Shown piece by piece: positions 10,341-21,800 of a stretch of DNA of 64,000 bases (positions are counted from its first letter, which is position 1; each line of letters begins with the position of its first letter). Origin of the DNA: Salisapilia sapeloensis CBS 127946 (Eukaryota > Protista > Oomycota); contig JAADVB010000020.1 of assembly GCA_023334545.1 (NCBI GenBank), positions 62,460 through 126,459 of the forward strand, in the 5' to 3' direction. The notes beneath the pieces are model-generated. The model ran no database searches, had not been told where the DNA came from, and saw nothing but the letters and a program-made list of their open reading frames with translations. The position numbers and the translations under genes were made by a program.

Positions 10341-11615
10341 ATGGGCCGTAAGAAGATTCAAATTCGACGAATTGAGGACGACCGAAATCGTCAGGTTCGT
10401 TGCTCGATCACATTATGACTTTACCAGCTTTGATCAGCCATTCTGACGAATATGATGCATAGGTCACATTCTCCAAACGTAAGAATGGGATATTCAAGAA
10501 AGCGATGGAGTTGTCGAAATTATGCGACTGTGAGATTGCTCTTATCGTCTTTGACTCGAATGAAAAGTTGTATCAATACTCCAGCACGAGTGTCGACCAA
10601 ATTTTGCTTAAGTACACTGAGTATGGCGAACCTCATGAGATGAAAACCAACATCGATGTACAATCCTCAACTCGATACATCATGATAACATACTAACTAC
10701 TTCGACTAGTACGAAGAAATGTTTGGTGACAAGAAGAAGAACAATGCGGGGAATAACACTTCCAAAGCTGCTTCCTCTAACACATCCTCCGCAACTAGTC
10801 GTTCCAATGCGACACCAAGCAACACGCCAATGGCTATGGAATCCGATCCATCGAATAACATGGACCGTAACCAACAGAAGAAACGCGTTCATCGAGGCTT
10901 CCAGCAACTGTTAAAAAAAGATCAAATGTACATGCCACCAGCCATGTACCAAACGTCCATGGGTATGATGAGCGTACCCACGCATTCCATGCTATCTGGA
11001 CTATCTAGTCCGCCATCACTCTCTGGTATTCTCCCGTCTCCCACAAGTAATGTCTTTCATACCTCTTATTAAACGCTTTAACTCATTTTGCATTCAGCTA
11101 GCATGCTCATGCGCCACGATTTCAGTCCTCACGGATCGCAGAACTTGTTCAGTCATCAAGCCATGAACGAAGGACATGATCGAAGCGGAGGTATTGGACT
11201 TAATCTCATGCCGTCGGACTTTACGCAGGGATCTCGACCACCGTTAAACCATTCCAAGTCGAATGGATACTACGACAGTTCTAAGCAAGGAGTTTCACCT
11301 CATAAGTCGAATCACGAACGACCGCCGTCGCCGACGAATGGTACGCCACGAGAGAGCATGGATAAAGAAGATAAGACGAATCAGAGTGAAGACGAGTCGA
11401 TGGAAGAGAATGACGCAAGTCGAGAGCAAGTGAAAGCGACAGTCGATTATCGTGTGGATGACAATCAGTTGGATGAATCGTGTGAACGGAGACGTCCGAT
11501 GATAGATAACCGACGATCGAGTGATGAGCGCTTTAATCAGGAAAAACGACCGAGTCTTTTGGATACGGAAGACGGAGTACGAAAGTCACCAAAGCGTCGA
11601 AAAGTGACGTTGTAG
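10341..11615 (+). CDS. MEF2-type MADS-box transcription factor; 4 exons (introns 10395-10462, 10658-10709, 11047-11097)
   Basis: [18 protein letters not shown]|[59 protein letters not shown] is a MADS + MEF2 domain. All splice phases are consistent. Confidence 0.95.
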
Positions 11616-11660
11616 ACGACCGAGTAGATTGGATTGCATTGAAATAAAGAAAAGTTTGGA

Positions 11661-12427
11661 TTAGAGACTGGCAGCAGCATCAGAAACATGCTTGTAGAGA
11701 CCCTTGAGACAATCCCATTGCTCTTTAGGGAGAGAGATGCCTTTCTTCCCTGGTAACCACATCCCATTCTTCTCATAGTACTCTCGAATGTCGATCAGAA
11801 TCTTGGACTTGAAGTCTTTCACTTGCACTCGACGTTTACCAGGTAGTTGGAACGTGATGGACGAAGCGTTTACGTCCACTTCCGTACGTTCCGTGACTTC
11901 AGAAAGACTGGTGTCTTCTAGTGACTTGGATTCAACAAGATCAGCCGACTTGTCAATGGCCTTCGTCAGCTTCTTGAGTGCCTCCCATTGAGCCATGGAC
12001 AGTGCCACTCCTTCTGGGTAGTGAATAACTCGTTCGTATAAATATATCGTGCACACGTACCTTTGCGACCAGGCTTTTGCTCTCCATCCGCTTCATAGTA
12101 CTCACGAATATGGATGAGGATGCTGCTCTTCCATCGTCGAGCTGCCACTCGGCGCATTTTGCTCAATTCAAAAGCAACGTTGTCCTCATCTTTCTCGAGA
12201 ACCTTTGGCTCCTCCGTACTCTCGTCTAACCCCTCGCTACCTTCGTTACTCTTGACCTCGTCACTGTCCGCTGCTTGATCAGCAGACGCGTCTCGGCCAT
12301 TGCCTTTCAAAATATCATGCAAAGACACCTTTCCTTCCTCCGTCTTCTGCTTCTTATTATCTACTTCATATTCCTCCTCTCCTCCTCTCTTTCTACTCGC
12401 ACCTAGCTCCATCTGTGCTTGCATCAT
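11661..12427 (-). CDS. SUB1: PC4/Sub1 transcriptional coactivator-like protein with two PC4 ssDNA-binding domains; 2 exons
   Basis: Two copies of the PC4 motif (…[29 protein letters not shown] and …ILIDIREYYEKNGMWLPGKKGISLPKEQW) and an acidic N-terminus. Confidence 0.9.
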
Positions 12428-12636
12428 CTTCCTAGTTGCTACGACTAAAATATCGAATGCTTTTGTTGCTTTTGAAGTGAAGCGTTAAACTTGGAAAATT
12501 AGCAACAATTTGGCAATTCGACTAATCACGAGCGACTTAACACGGCCAATTGATAGGCGACCAAAGGCACGCTTCGACTTGTCTTCTACCTGTCGACAAT
12601 TGCCACCTTTATCCATCCATACGATCAGCTGTGAAG

Positions 12637-14013
12637 ATGGCACACAATAGTGGCTTTGATGATGATTTAAATGACCTTCAGATTGAAGACATTGGCGACT
12701 TTTTCCCGCCAGAAAGTGGAGATGAGTGGAAGGGATTCCAGCTCGGATACATGGAAGAGCCTGCTCGTAGAGAACAGACACAGGCCAGGCAGATTGGAGA
12801 TGCGAATGCCTACCCTTCCATGAATGCAGGAAGGCGGAAGAATGATAATGCAGGAGACTCGAGTCTCCCGACGTCACCGACACTCGAAGCCATGCTGCGA
12901 GGCTCCAGTCAGACGTTCCGATCACCTTTGAATTTGCCGAATTTGCCGAGTAGCTTCATGACATTCTCACCGACGATGCTGGAAGCTGCCAAGCATTCGG
13001 ATTCATCTCTGTCGAATCAGGACGAACCCCCACAGTTCACTTTAGAGGCCAAAGCAGCGTCACATGACTCGACTCATGCCAAGTATTATTCCTACAGTAC
13101 CATCAGGCACGAGAGACGTTTTAATAGATGTGGCGCAATAGACAGCGCACCGTTGTTTGCCAGAGCATTGCTCCCCCCAATGCAACTTCCACGACAGCTT
13201 CAGCAGCTCCTATGAAGGCACCGACATTAGCTCCTGCAAGCGCCAAACGGTACATTCCGACTTGGTACTCTCTTTAGTAACCTGACTCATATATATGTGT
13301 ATCTGGACTAGTCCTTTCGACGCGATGGAAAGCTGTAGCTTTGACAGCTGCTCCACGATTGCACCGACAGCTGAGGAAGACCGTGGCCTGCGTAAAAAGT
13401 CAAGAGAGAAGATGCGACGACAGGAAGTGAATGTCAAGGTATTTATATCATAAATAGGGATTTTATCATATACTCCAACTCACTCTGTTCAAAGTTTGAT
13501 GAACTCGTCGAACTGCTTAGCCTTTCCAGTCGCGTGCGTAAAAGTAATATCCTTCAAGAAGCGGTTACTGCCATCAAAGTACTTCTCTACTTGACTTCCA
13601 TCTTCATATGTCCCTCACACATCGTATAGACACTTCGACGAGAGCGAGACGAAGCTGTTCGGGAACGTGATCGGACTCGACAGGAGATGGCGAATCTAAC
13701 CGCTTGCCTCCAGTATACGCATCTCAATCCTTTTCATCCAAATGCGATGGCAGTGAATCAGGGTGCATCGACACAGACGAACTCGACCGACCAGTTGACT
13801 CCAAACCAAACGATGCTACCCTTTTCCAATGCAGAGCTTCCGATCCAAAATGCACCTGGGTCCAGCAGCTTCCCATTGGCTTCCAATCTATCAGCTCCAT
13901 CCGCTACTCCCGTCTCTACCAAGTCATCTATCGCGATTGCACCGAAAGTCGACAGACGCTCGAGTAAACTTATGCCTGCGACATCGAGTCCAGGCGACCA
14001 GCGTATGGAATGA
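12637..14013 (+). CDS. bHLH-leucine-zipper transcription factor, about 5 exons; C-terminus may extend to 14235 via an extra intron
   Basis: Hand-spliced exons give LRKKSREKMRRQEVNVK|FDELVELLSLSSRVRKSNILQEAVTAIK|TLRRERDEAVRERDRTRQEM (basic-helix-loop-helix-zipper), with an acidic N-terminal region. Confidence 0.8.
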
Positions 14014-14169
14014 AAAGCTGGTGTCATGTTAAAAGAATCTCAGACGATTTTGGACGGCAGTGATAGACTTGCGTCTCGAGTTATAGCTATAAAAGACTTA
14101 GTACGTGGACAGAAACGATCATGGCAAGAGGATCATCGATCTTCCACGATTGAATATATTTCTTTGGAG

Positions 14170-16437
14170 TCAAAAATAATGTGTGAAAGGAGCTGTCTCG
14201 CCATTTCGTCTTCCGTCCTTGGGTGCGTGCTGTAGATGAGCCTGAATCAAACGTCGAGCTGTCTGCTGAGCTTCTTTCAATTGGTTCCTAAATGCAGCAT
14301 CCTTCCGATGTGTCTTGCTTGTACTATCTCTCGATGGTGTCTGTAAACGAGATGGATGCTTGCGAGGTGAAGCGAGCTCAAAGTCCGATTTGCCTGCATT
14401 CCAAATGATCTTTGTCTCTCGAAGTTGCTTTCGTAACCACCTGTCGTCTTGGTGCGGTCGTGTCGGCATCGATTTCATCTTTTGTTCTAGAGGCGAAGAA
14501 GGATCTGACATTGGCATTCTAGGTGACCAACCAGACATGAGACTAACTTTTGGTGTCGACGAAGTGATCGATGGAGTTATGACTGGAAAGTTCATACTAA
14601 TTCGATCGAGGTAATCGTCTTCTAGCGCGTCGCTATTTTCAAACATAAAGTTCTTCACGCAAGTTGACAGCATCTTTGGTGAGGCGAGTGATTGTATCTG
14701 TTCTGTGCTCTCTGTCGTGGAAACACGAGAAGTCATGGGAGAATGGATAGCACTAGCATATGAATGTAGCTTCTTCGTATCAAAGTCATGTATAAATGTA
14801 GATGCTGCGGCTCCTGGAAGTCGGCTCGATGTTGTTGGACTTGTTTCTGCGTTCTCATGTCCATTTTTTCGCGGACTAGTTTGCTCTTCTTCCACCCTGT
14901 TGACACCTCGACGTAAGACCTCTCGCTCGTAGAGAGCATTATAAGCTGCCTGTGCTCGCTGGTTTCTTTGATTCGCCTCGCGCCTGCACAGCTCTTCGAC
15001 ATGAGCCGCAAATCCTGGCTGTGCATTCTTCATCAATACCTTCGCGTCTTTGTGTTGTAGCTCATACACCTCGACACACGCTGTTGCTGCCACTGCCGTG
15101 TACGGAGCTTTCCCCTTTTCACTTAATAACACTTCTAGGGCGACCACATTCTGGGGGAGCACGGCTTGCAATTCCGCCACCATCTGACCGCGTAGCCCTG
15201 GAAACTTTTGGTTCCGCAAGGTTACTCCATTGCCTGCTCCTTTCCGGCTTCCACTCACTTGGATCTGCGCTGTCACTTTGACTGTGCCGCTGAGGACAAG
15301 GTAGCAACTCGACATGGCTGAAATGTTGGCGGTGAACAAGTGGTCATTGTAATCATACACTCGTTTCGTCAGCGTATCTGCGAGTGCTTCGAGCCTTGGT
15401 CGAGGCCAGTCTCGAAAGAGTGACATGCGTTGCAGGAAATGAACCTTTTGCGTCCGATCAAAGAGTAGCTGGTGGTAAGTTCGCAATGTCCTGCGGTATG
15501 CATCCTTCGGAAGCTGGCATAGCTGGCAAGGTCCGGACGCGGCTGCTGATGCAGTACGAGCACTATCCATCGTAAACATTGCTGTTTCACCAAAGTAGTC
15601 GCCTTCGCGATACATGAACACTCGCTTGCCTAACGTTGCAAGCTCATCTGGTCCTTTAAGAACATTCGGACGGGTGGTTACAGCTCCCCGATTCTTCCCA
15701 CCTCTAGAGTGTGATGGATGCAGACCGACGTAGACAGCGACATCCCCCTTTAAAAGCATATAAAACATATCTCCGATGTCTCCTTCGTAGAAGAGCACTT
15801 CTCCATCCACGCACTCTCGGAGACTCATATATCGCATGGCTTCTCGGACCGTAGCATCATCTACTCCAGAGAAAGCTTTCGGATGTCGTTGTCGAGCCCA
15901 AATGACCAGAATGTCCAGATCAAACGCGCCCAACGAGTCACGTCGACTCATAGGCATGGCTTTAGGTAGGATGGAAATCTTCCGATCGCCGAGAAGTTTG
16001 CTTTCCGCCGCTGCCGACGACCTCACTACACCCTTCAAGCATAAAATCCGCAGAGCTTCCGCATCCAGGTCAAAGTTTTCGTCCAGCGCCAATAGAGCTG
16101 GAGCTGCTTCCTCTTTCCACGCTCGGAAACCACGAGAAAGTTGACGATTGCGCCAAATTGCAAGCGAAGCGTGTAGGAACAAGGATCGACGGTCACTTAA
16201 AGACACCGCACCTTCCTCTTCCTCCTCCCCCACAGTCATGCCAACGATGGAAGAAGAGGAAGCTCGTCGTCCCCATGGCTTCGGTCCTTCCGTCGCACGT
16301 TTCTTGACTTCGAGATACTGTTCTACACTCCGTCCTCGATCTTCCAAAGCGACAGTCAGGCCATACATGGGCGCTCTCTTTGCCTGCTCCTGGGGCACAT
16401 CTTGCTGTATTGACGTCCGTCTTCCCTGCTTCTTCAT
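14170..16437 (-). CDS. Cyclic-nucleotide-binding (two CNB domains) protein with a long disordered C-terminus
   Basis: CNB1: GEVLFYEGDIGDMFYMLLKGDV…GDYFGETAMFTMDSARTASA (intact phosphate-binding cassette). CNB2 is degenerate. First ATG is at 16437; the ORF track starts at a TTG. Confidence 0.85.
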   Translation of the reverse strand: MKKQGRRTSIQQDVPQEQAKRAPMYGLTVALEDRGRSVEQYLEVKKRATEGPKPWGRRASSSSIVGMTVGEEEEEGAVSLSDRRSLFLHASLAIWRNRQLSRGFRAWKEEAAPALLALDENFDLDAEALRILCLKGVVRSSAAAESKLLGDRKISILPKAMPMSRRDSLGAFDLDILVIWARQRHPKAFSGVDDATVREAMRYMSLRECVDGEVLFYEGDIGDMFYMLLKGDVAVYVGLHPSHSRGGKNRGAVTTRPNVLKGPDELATLGKRVFMYREGDYFGETAMFTMDSARTASAAASGPCQLCQLPKDAYRRTLRTYHQLLFDRTQKVHFLQRMSLFRDWPRPRLEALADTLTKRVYDYNDHLFTANISAMSSCYLVLSGTVKVTAQIQVSGSRKGAGNGVTLRNQKFPGLRGQMVAELQAVLPQNVVALEVLLSEKGKAPYTAVAATACVEVYELQHKDAKVLMKNAQPGFAAHVEELCRREANQRNQRAQAAYNALYEREVLRRGVNRVEEEQTSPRKNGHENAETSPTTSSRLPGAAASTFIHDFDTKKLHSYASAIHSPMTSRVSTTESTEQIQSLASPKMLSTCVKNFMFENSDALEDDYLDRISMNFPVITPSITSSTPKVSLMSGWSPRMPMSDPSSPLEQKMKSMPTRPHQDDRWLRKQLRETKIIWNAGKSDFELASPRKHPSRLQTPSRDSTSKTHRKDAAFRNQLKEAQQTARRLIQAHLQHAPKDGRRNGETAPFTHYF

Positions 16438-16538
16438 ACCAGGTTGGATCAAAGCAGCAAACTATTTATAACTCGAAATGGCGATGCGAAGGATCGTATA
16501 TTTGTCCACTTGAAAGTTACTACTTCCAGCACGGCACT

Positions 16539-18009
16539 CTACTGACGCATGCCATCGAACGTCTCCTTGACCTTGTCCATGAAGTCTTCCGTGTACAAGT
16601 AGTGGTCCGGCGTCACATTCGAGCCGTGGATGCAGATGGCGAGATCCTTGGTCATGTGACCGTTCTCGACCGTCTTCACGACAGCCTTCTCGAGGTCCGT
16701 CGAGAAGTCAATGAGTTCCGGCGTGTCGTCGAGACGGCCACGCTGAGCGAGACCACGCGTCCAGGCGTACATGGAAGCGATCGGGTTTGTGCTCGTCTTC
16801 TTACCCTGCTGGAACTGACGCCAGTGACGCGTGACCGTGCCGTGCGCAGCCTCGGCCTCGACGGTCTTGCCGTCCGGGCACATGAGGACACTCGTCATGA
16901 GTCCAAGGGAGCCGTAGCCCTGAGCGACAATGTCGGACTGGACGTCACCGTCGTAGTTCTTGCAAGCCCAGACAAAGCCACCTTCGGACTTGAGCGCCTG
17001 CGCGACCATGTCGTCAATGAGCCTGTGCTCGTACGAGATGCCGGCCGCGTCGAACTTGGCCTTGTACTCGTTCTGGAACACTTCCTCAAAGATGTCACGG
17101 AAGCGTCCGTCATACTTTTTCAAAATCGTGTTCTTGGTGCTCAAGAACAAGTCCTGCTGCTTGTCAAGAGCAAAGGCAAAGCAGCTGTGGGCAAAGCCGT
17201 AGATCGAGTCGTCCGTGTTGTACATGGCGAGACCGACACCGGCGCTCGGGTAGTTGAACACTTCGAACGTCTGCTTCTCGCTGCCGTCTTCTGGCGTGTA
17301 GACGACCTCAAACTTGCCGGGGCCAGGCGCGATGAAGTCCGTGCTCTTGTACTGGTCACCGTAGGCGTGACGACCGACGACGATGGGCTTCTTCCAGCCC
17401 GTCACAAGACGTGGGACGTTCGAGATGACGATCGGCTCACGGAAGACGGTTCCGTTCAAGATGTTACGGATCGTACCGTTGGGCGAACGCCACATCTTCT
17501 TCAGCTTGAACTCTATCCACACGCTTTCTTAGATACCTTTATTCATGCAGAAGGAGAGAGATGGTACCTTCCATGCGAGCCTCATCAGGGGTGATCGTGG
17601 CACACTTGATACCGACGTTGTACTCGTTGATGGCGTGGGCGGCATCAATGGTAACCTGGTCATCCGTGGCATCACGGTGCTCCAGGCCAAGGTCAAAGTA
17701 CTCGGTCTTGATGTCCAAGTACGGCTCAATGTACTGTTAAACACCATGTTAAACACCCATTCAATCAACTACAAGTATACTAGACTAAAAATACCTTTTC
17801 CTTAATCTGGGACCAAATGACACGGGTCATTTCATCACCATCGAGCTCGACAATCGGGTTCTTGACCTTGATCTTGGAGCCCGAGGAGACTACCCAAAGA
17901 CACGAAAACGTCATTTACTTCATTCATACATTTGCTCATGCACATAAAATAACGTACAGTTACGGCGGGAGCCAGTGGCAGCGAGGGAACGCACAGTCTT
18001 GGAGAACAT
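16539..18009 (-). CDS. IDH: NADP-dependent isocitrate dehydrogenase with mitochondrial presequence; 4 exons
   Basis: [18 protein letters not shown]|[49 protein letters not shown] and [11 protein letters not shown]. Codon usage is strongly C/G-ending, as expected for high expression. Confidence 0.97.
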
Positions 18010-18037
18010 GATGAAGATAAGCTCTGCTTGGACGGGC

Positions 18038-18052
18038 GAATCGGAAAATGAA
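18038..18052 (-). promoter_or_regulatory. Oomycete INR+FPR core promoter of the IDH gene, with a CCAAT box at 18094-18099
   Basis: The minus strand reads TCATTTTCCGATTC about 30-40 nt upstream of the ATG, fitting the CATTYYNNNWTTY-type consensus. Confidence 0.55.
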
Positions 18053-18287
18053 TGATTTTCAGCCGCTCGTGACAACCTACACTGTCCTGCAATATTGGTC
18101 TTGGAAAAGGATACTTTAAAGCATACACTGGTGTAGTATTTCAAGACGATGCAAGTAATTTACGATACACGAACCGAATGCATACAAATGCACCGTCGAA
18201 TAACAGCGAGATTATCAGATACACTTTTAAATGACGAAGATAAAACACGTAACTTGGACAAGAAACAAAAAGAGTGGACGCTGAAGG

Positions 18288-18710
18288 ATGCTCGGCTCTC
18301 GAGTCTTCGCCACGGCGGTGCGCAGCGCCATGAACCCTGCGATGGCAAGCGCTACTACTCCCCACATCGGTAAGGCTAGTATGCATCCATATAAACTATC
18401 GATACACTCTCTAACATGCTACATGCTTGTACGAGTAGCTCGAGCGACGGCTGCCAACACCTGGCTGAGCTCTTCGTTCCAGTCGATGGAGCAATCATTT
18501 AACGTCCTGGCGATCGAAGACGCCTTCAACGCCACGGACAGCATGGAATGTGGTGCTCGCCCGAGCCGTCGTCCACGCAAAGTACACTATAAACTGCAAA
18601 TTCAAGTGCACTGCTCTTATATATTGATACACCCTACTTAGGCCAACCGCGGCAAGCGCCCTTGCTCGCACCACCGTCGTCGTCTCAAGCGTCTTCGTCG
18701 TCGCCCATAG
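18288..18710 (+). CDS. Small (~97 aa) mitochondrially targeted protein with a very basic C-terminal peptide; 3 exons (introns 18370-18438, 18582-18641)
   Basis: Spliced product: MLGSRVFATAVRSAMNPAMASATTPHIARATAANTWLSSSFQSMEQSFNVLAIEDAFNATDSMECGARPSRRPRKANRGKRPCSHHRRRLKRLRRRP. Both introns are canonical and in phase. Confidence 0.72.
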
Positions 18711-18800
18711 ATCTCTTGGCCAGTGCGAACACCAGTACAGAAAGTAAAATTCGTACAAAAAGGAGAAAAAATACAAAGGGACCTCTCGTCTTCCCTTTCC

Positions 18801-21800
18801 TTAGACTGTGGAACTGTCTTCATCCGGCGTCTGCCCATTCTGTTTCTGTCGATAATGCTGCGTCACGGCCGCACGTCGACGGTCGTCCATCATCTGCTGC
18901 TGCAACTGAAGCTTACGAACATGCTCCCGTAGATCCTTGCACCTCGGCACCTTGCAGTTACTCGCGCGACATTGTCTTGCGTGTAGTTGCAGCAACGCCC
19001 ACACGCGTCTGCACACAGTGCATCCGCCATACGCTCGCAGCTTACATTGCGCACCATGCCGCATCAAGTCCTTCATCTTCGTACAATTGCTAGATGTACA
19101 CGTGCCATCGACACAGTTGCTCGAGTGCACCAGCAGCTGCATGTGCAAGTGGACATTCTGCGCCCGCTTTGCACGCACCTGCCTCTGCTCGTCCGTGAGC
19201 GCCGGTCCGCCCACTGCCGCTGCAGCAAGCGTGCTTCCAGACGCACCCATACCAGCCCCAACACCGGCAATCCCGCTCGTCGGGACCATCTCCAACGGAT
19301 GTTCGTGCTTGAGCTCCGCGTAGCACTCGTCACATACGTCATAGTCCGGACAGACGTGGCAGTGCCATCGGTTCCCCGTCACGATATCACGCGTGCAATT
19401 GTTGCATTCGTAGACGTACGCATTTGGATTCGGGTTCCCCAAGTGGTACAAGGCCATCATGCTCGAGTGTTTCGCACGACGGAGCTCATCGAACTGATAG
19501 TGGTTGCCTTGGCATAGACTGAGGAATGCCTGGCGCGTATCAAAGAACTCGCTGTCATTCGCTTCATCCGGGTCGGAGCATGCAGTCGGTAGCGAGATAG
19601 AGCACTGCTGTAGGCGACTTAGATGGTCCTGGACGTTCGCATTCGTAGATAGAGTGGTGTAGCAGTCTTCACACAAGACAGTCTGCGTCTGCTTGAGGGA
19701 AGGATTCACTTCCACCGGCGTCTTCATCGACGTGTCGGCGTAGTACTTGCCATTCACGATGGGCGTGCTGCAGATCTGACAGGATGGCGTGAGGTTTACG
19801 ACGAGAAAGTCGTCCTTCATCGGCTCCAACACCTCCCCGAGCTTCTTCATCAACGGATCTGTCACCTTGCGCCAGATCTGGTTGAATCCGTCGCTCGTCA
19901 GAGACGACAGATCGCGCTTACTACCGTACACGCCCGCCGTCTCGACATCTCCCATCTCCTCTGTCACATCAGACGTATCGACACCTTGCAGCGTCTTGCG
20001 CTTCTTACTCTTCTTTCCCTTCTTCCCGACCTTCCTCTTCCCACCGACAGCCTTCTTCGGTTTCTCTGACTCGATCTTATCGATCAAATCTTCAGCAATA
20101 CCGACCCAGTAGTCGCCTTCAAAGTACGGCAATCGGCACGCAGGCAAGTCATCTCGCCAGTACTCGTCATAAATGTTCGACACCTTGTTCACAATGCCTT
20201 CTCGCTGCGCTTGCAGCAACATATCGACGTACCACTGCCTCAATCGATCCGACTTGGGTGTCTTTTGCACTTCTGGGTGGCAGTACAAGATGTAGTCATC
20301 CCCTTTCAATGGCGGACAGGCCCATAGATGTGCCGTGTGGAAGCCTCGTTGCTTGGCAAAGTCCAAGTATGCGATCAAGAGCTCATGATACACTTTCGTG
20401 CGTAGATGCGGAGGTTCAAAGTAGTTGACACTATCAAGGTACGAAATGTATACACGTCGAGCGTTCGAACGAGACTCGTGCTCGTCAAACTCATGCACGT
20501 ACATGCCAAACAAGAGAACAGAGACGCCATGGATCTCCTGGAACATACAAATGCACTTGGACTTGAATCGATGCTCAGATGTGTAGTCGTGACTGTCCTT
20601 GTAGCGCTGGTACATCTTGTCACGTACCATGAGACTCTTCTCGATATTTGACACCAGTCGGACGGTCAGAGGTTTCGCCGTTTCCACCTGCTCGACGCTC
20701 TTATTCGTATGCTTCGCTTCATCCTTCCGCTCGTCTTCAAGCGACTGGTTGATCCGATGTTCGAGATAGTCCGACAGCTTCGTACGTTCCAAGTCCTTGG
20801 CATTAAAGGTCTGCTTGCCCACAGCATACTTGTCTGGATCCACCTTGCGTTTCGCCAAGAGACACTCTGGGCAAAGGAATTCACTTCCGCTCGTAGTCGA
20901 GATCGAGTGCACTGACGTCGGAGCTCTCGACACTTGACTCTTCTCTGCTGCTTCCGTCGATACTTGTACCGGCTTCTTCTCGGCATCAATCTTCCCATTG
21001 AACAAAGCACAGATCTGGTGCACCCAGCTATTGCAGTCGTCGCACTGAACCCACGGCTCTTCATGCACCTCATCGTTCTTCCTCTTCGTCAACTCGCTCT
21101 TCTTGTACACTCGTCCATCCACTTGCTTTACCGTCTCGGGCAACGCACCATGACATTGATGGCAGCAGTGGAACTTATTATCCGGAGAGCAGTAGTAAAA
21201 GCAGTTGCGTCGAATGCGTCCGTTGCATTCACCACCACAGTAGAGCACTGGCGGCTCAAAGAGCATCCGTTCGACACCACACAATCGACAGGTATTCTCC
21301 TGCTTTCTCGCAGCGGCTTCAGCTGCATCAATCTCCTGCTCGAGCTTTCGATACTCCGCATTGAAGTCGCGCAGCATATCTTTCGCCAAGTTATACACAT
21401 CCTGCTCTTCACTATTGTACGTCATGGCGTTATGAAACGTCAGGCGAACGTCGTGGGCAAACTGAGCCATGTGCTTATACACGCCAGCATCGAGTTTCTT
21501 CTTCACGGTACCTAAATCCATCGGTCGACGGATGACTTTGAAGTAGTTTGGAATACCTAACGCCTCTGGATCCACTGGACTATTGAACACCCAGCCAAAC
21601 TTGTGCTCCATCATTCCTCGTAGCAACGCTTCTAGACGTTTCTTCAGCTGTGCCTGAGGCATCGTCGCGTTATACAGCTTCGTTAAGCTCTCGATATGCG
21701 CAGACAGGTCTTCGTCGCTCAGTTCATTCAGCATAGACGTCGGTGTCTCGGTTGCCGCAGCCGTCGCGTTCGATGTAGACGCTTGGAGAGCGACACTAGA

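Noticed and set aside
14011-14235. Frame stays open for about 70 codons after the bHLH TGA: possible readthrough or Sec recoding
   Set aside because: The readthrough context is weak and no SECIS is evident. An extra intron (about 14003-14087) or chance explains it more simply; needs RNA-seq.
16380-17594. 404-aa ORF antisense to IDH
   Set aside because: It is in exact codon register with IDH. Avoidance of TTA/CTA/TCA codons in a highly biased gene removes antisense stops, and the product has no recognisable motif.
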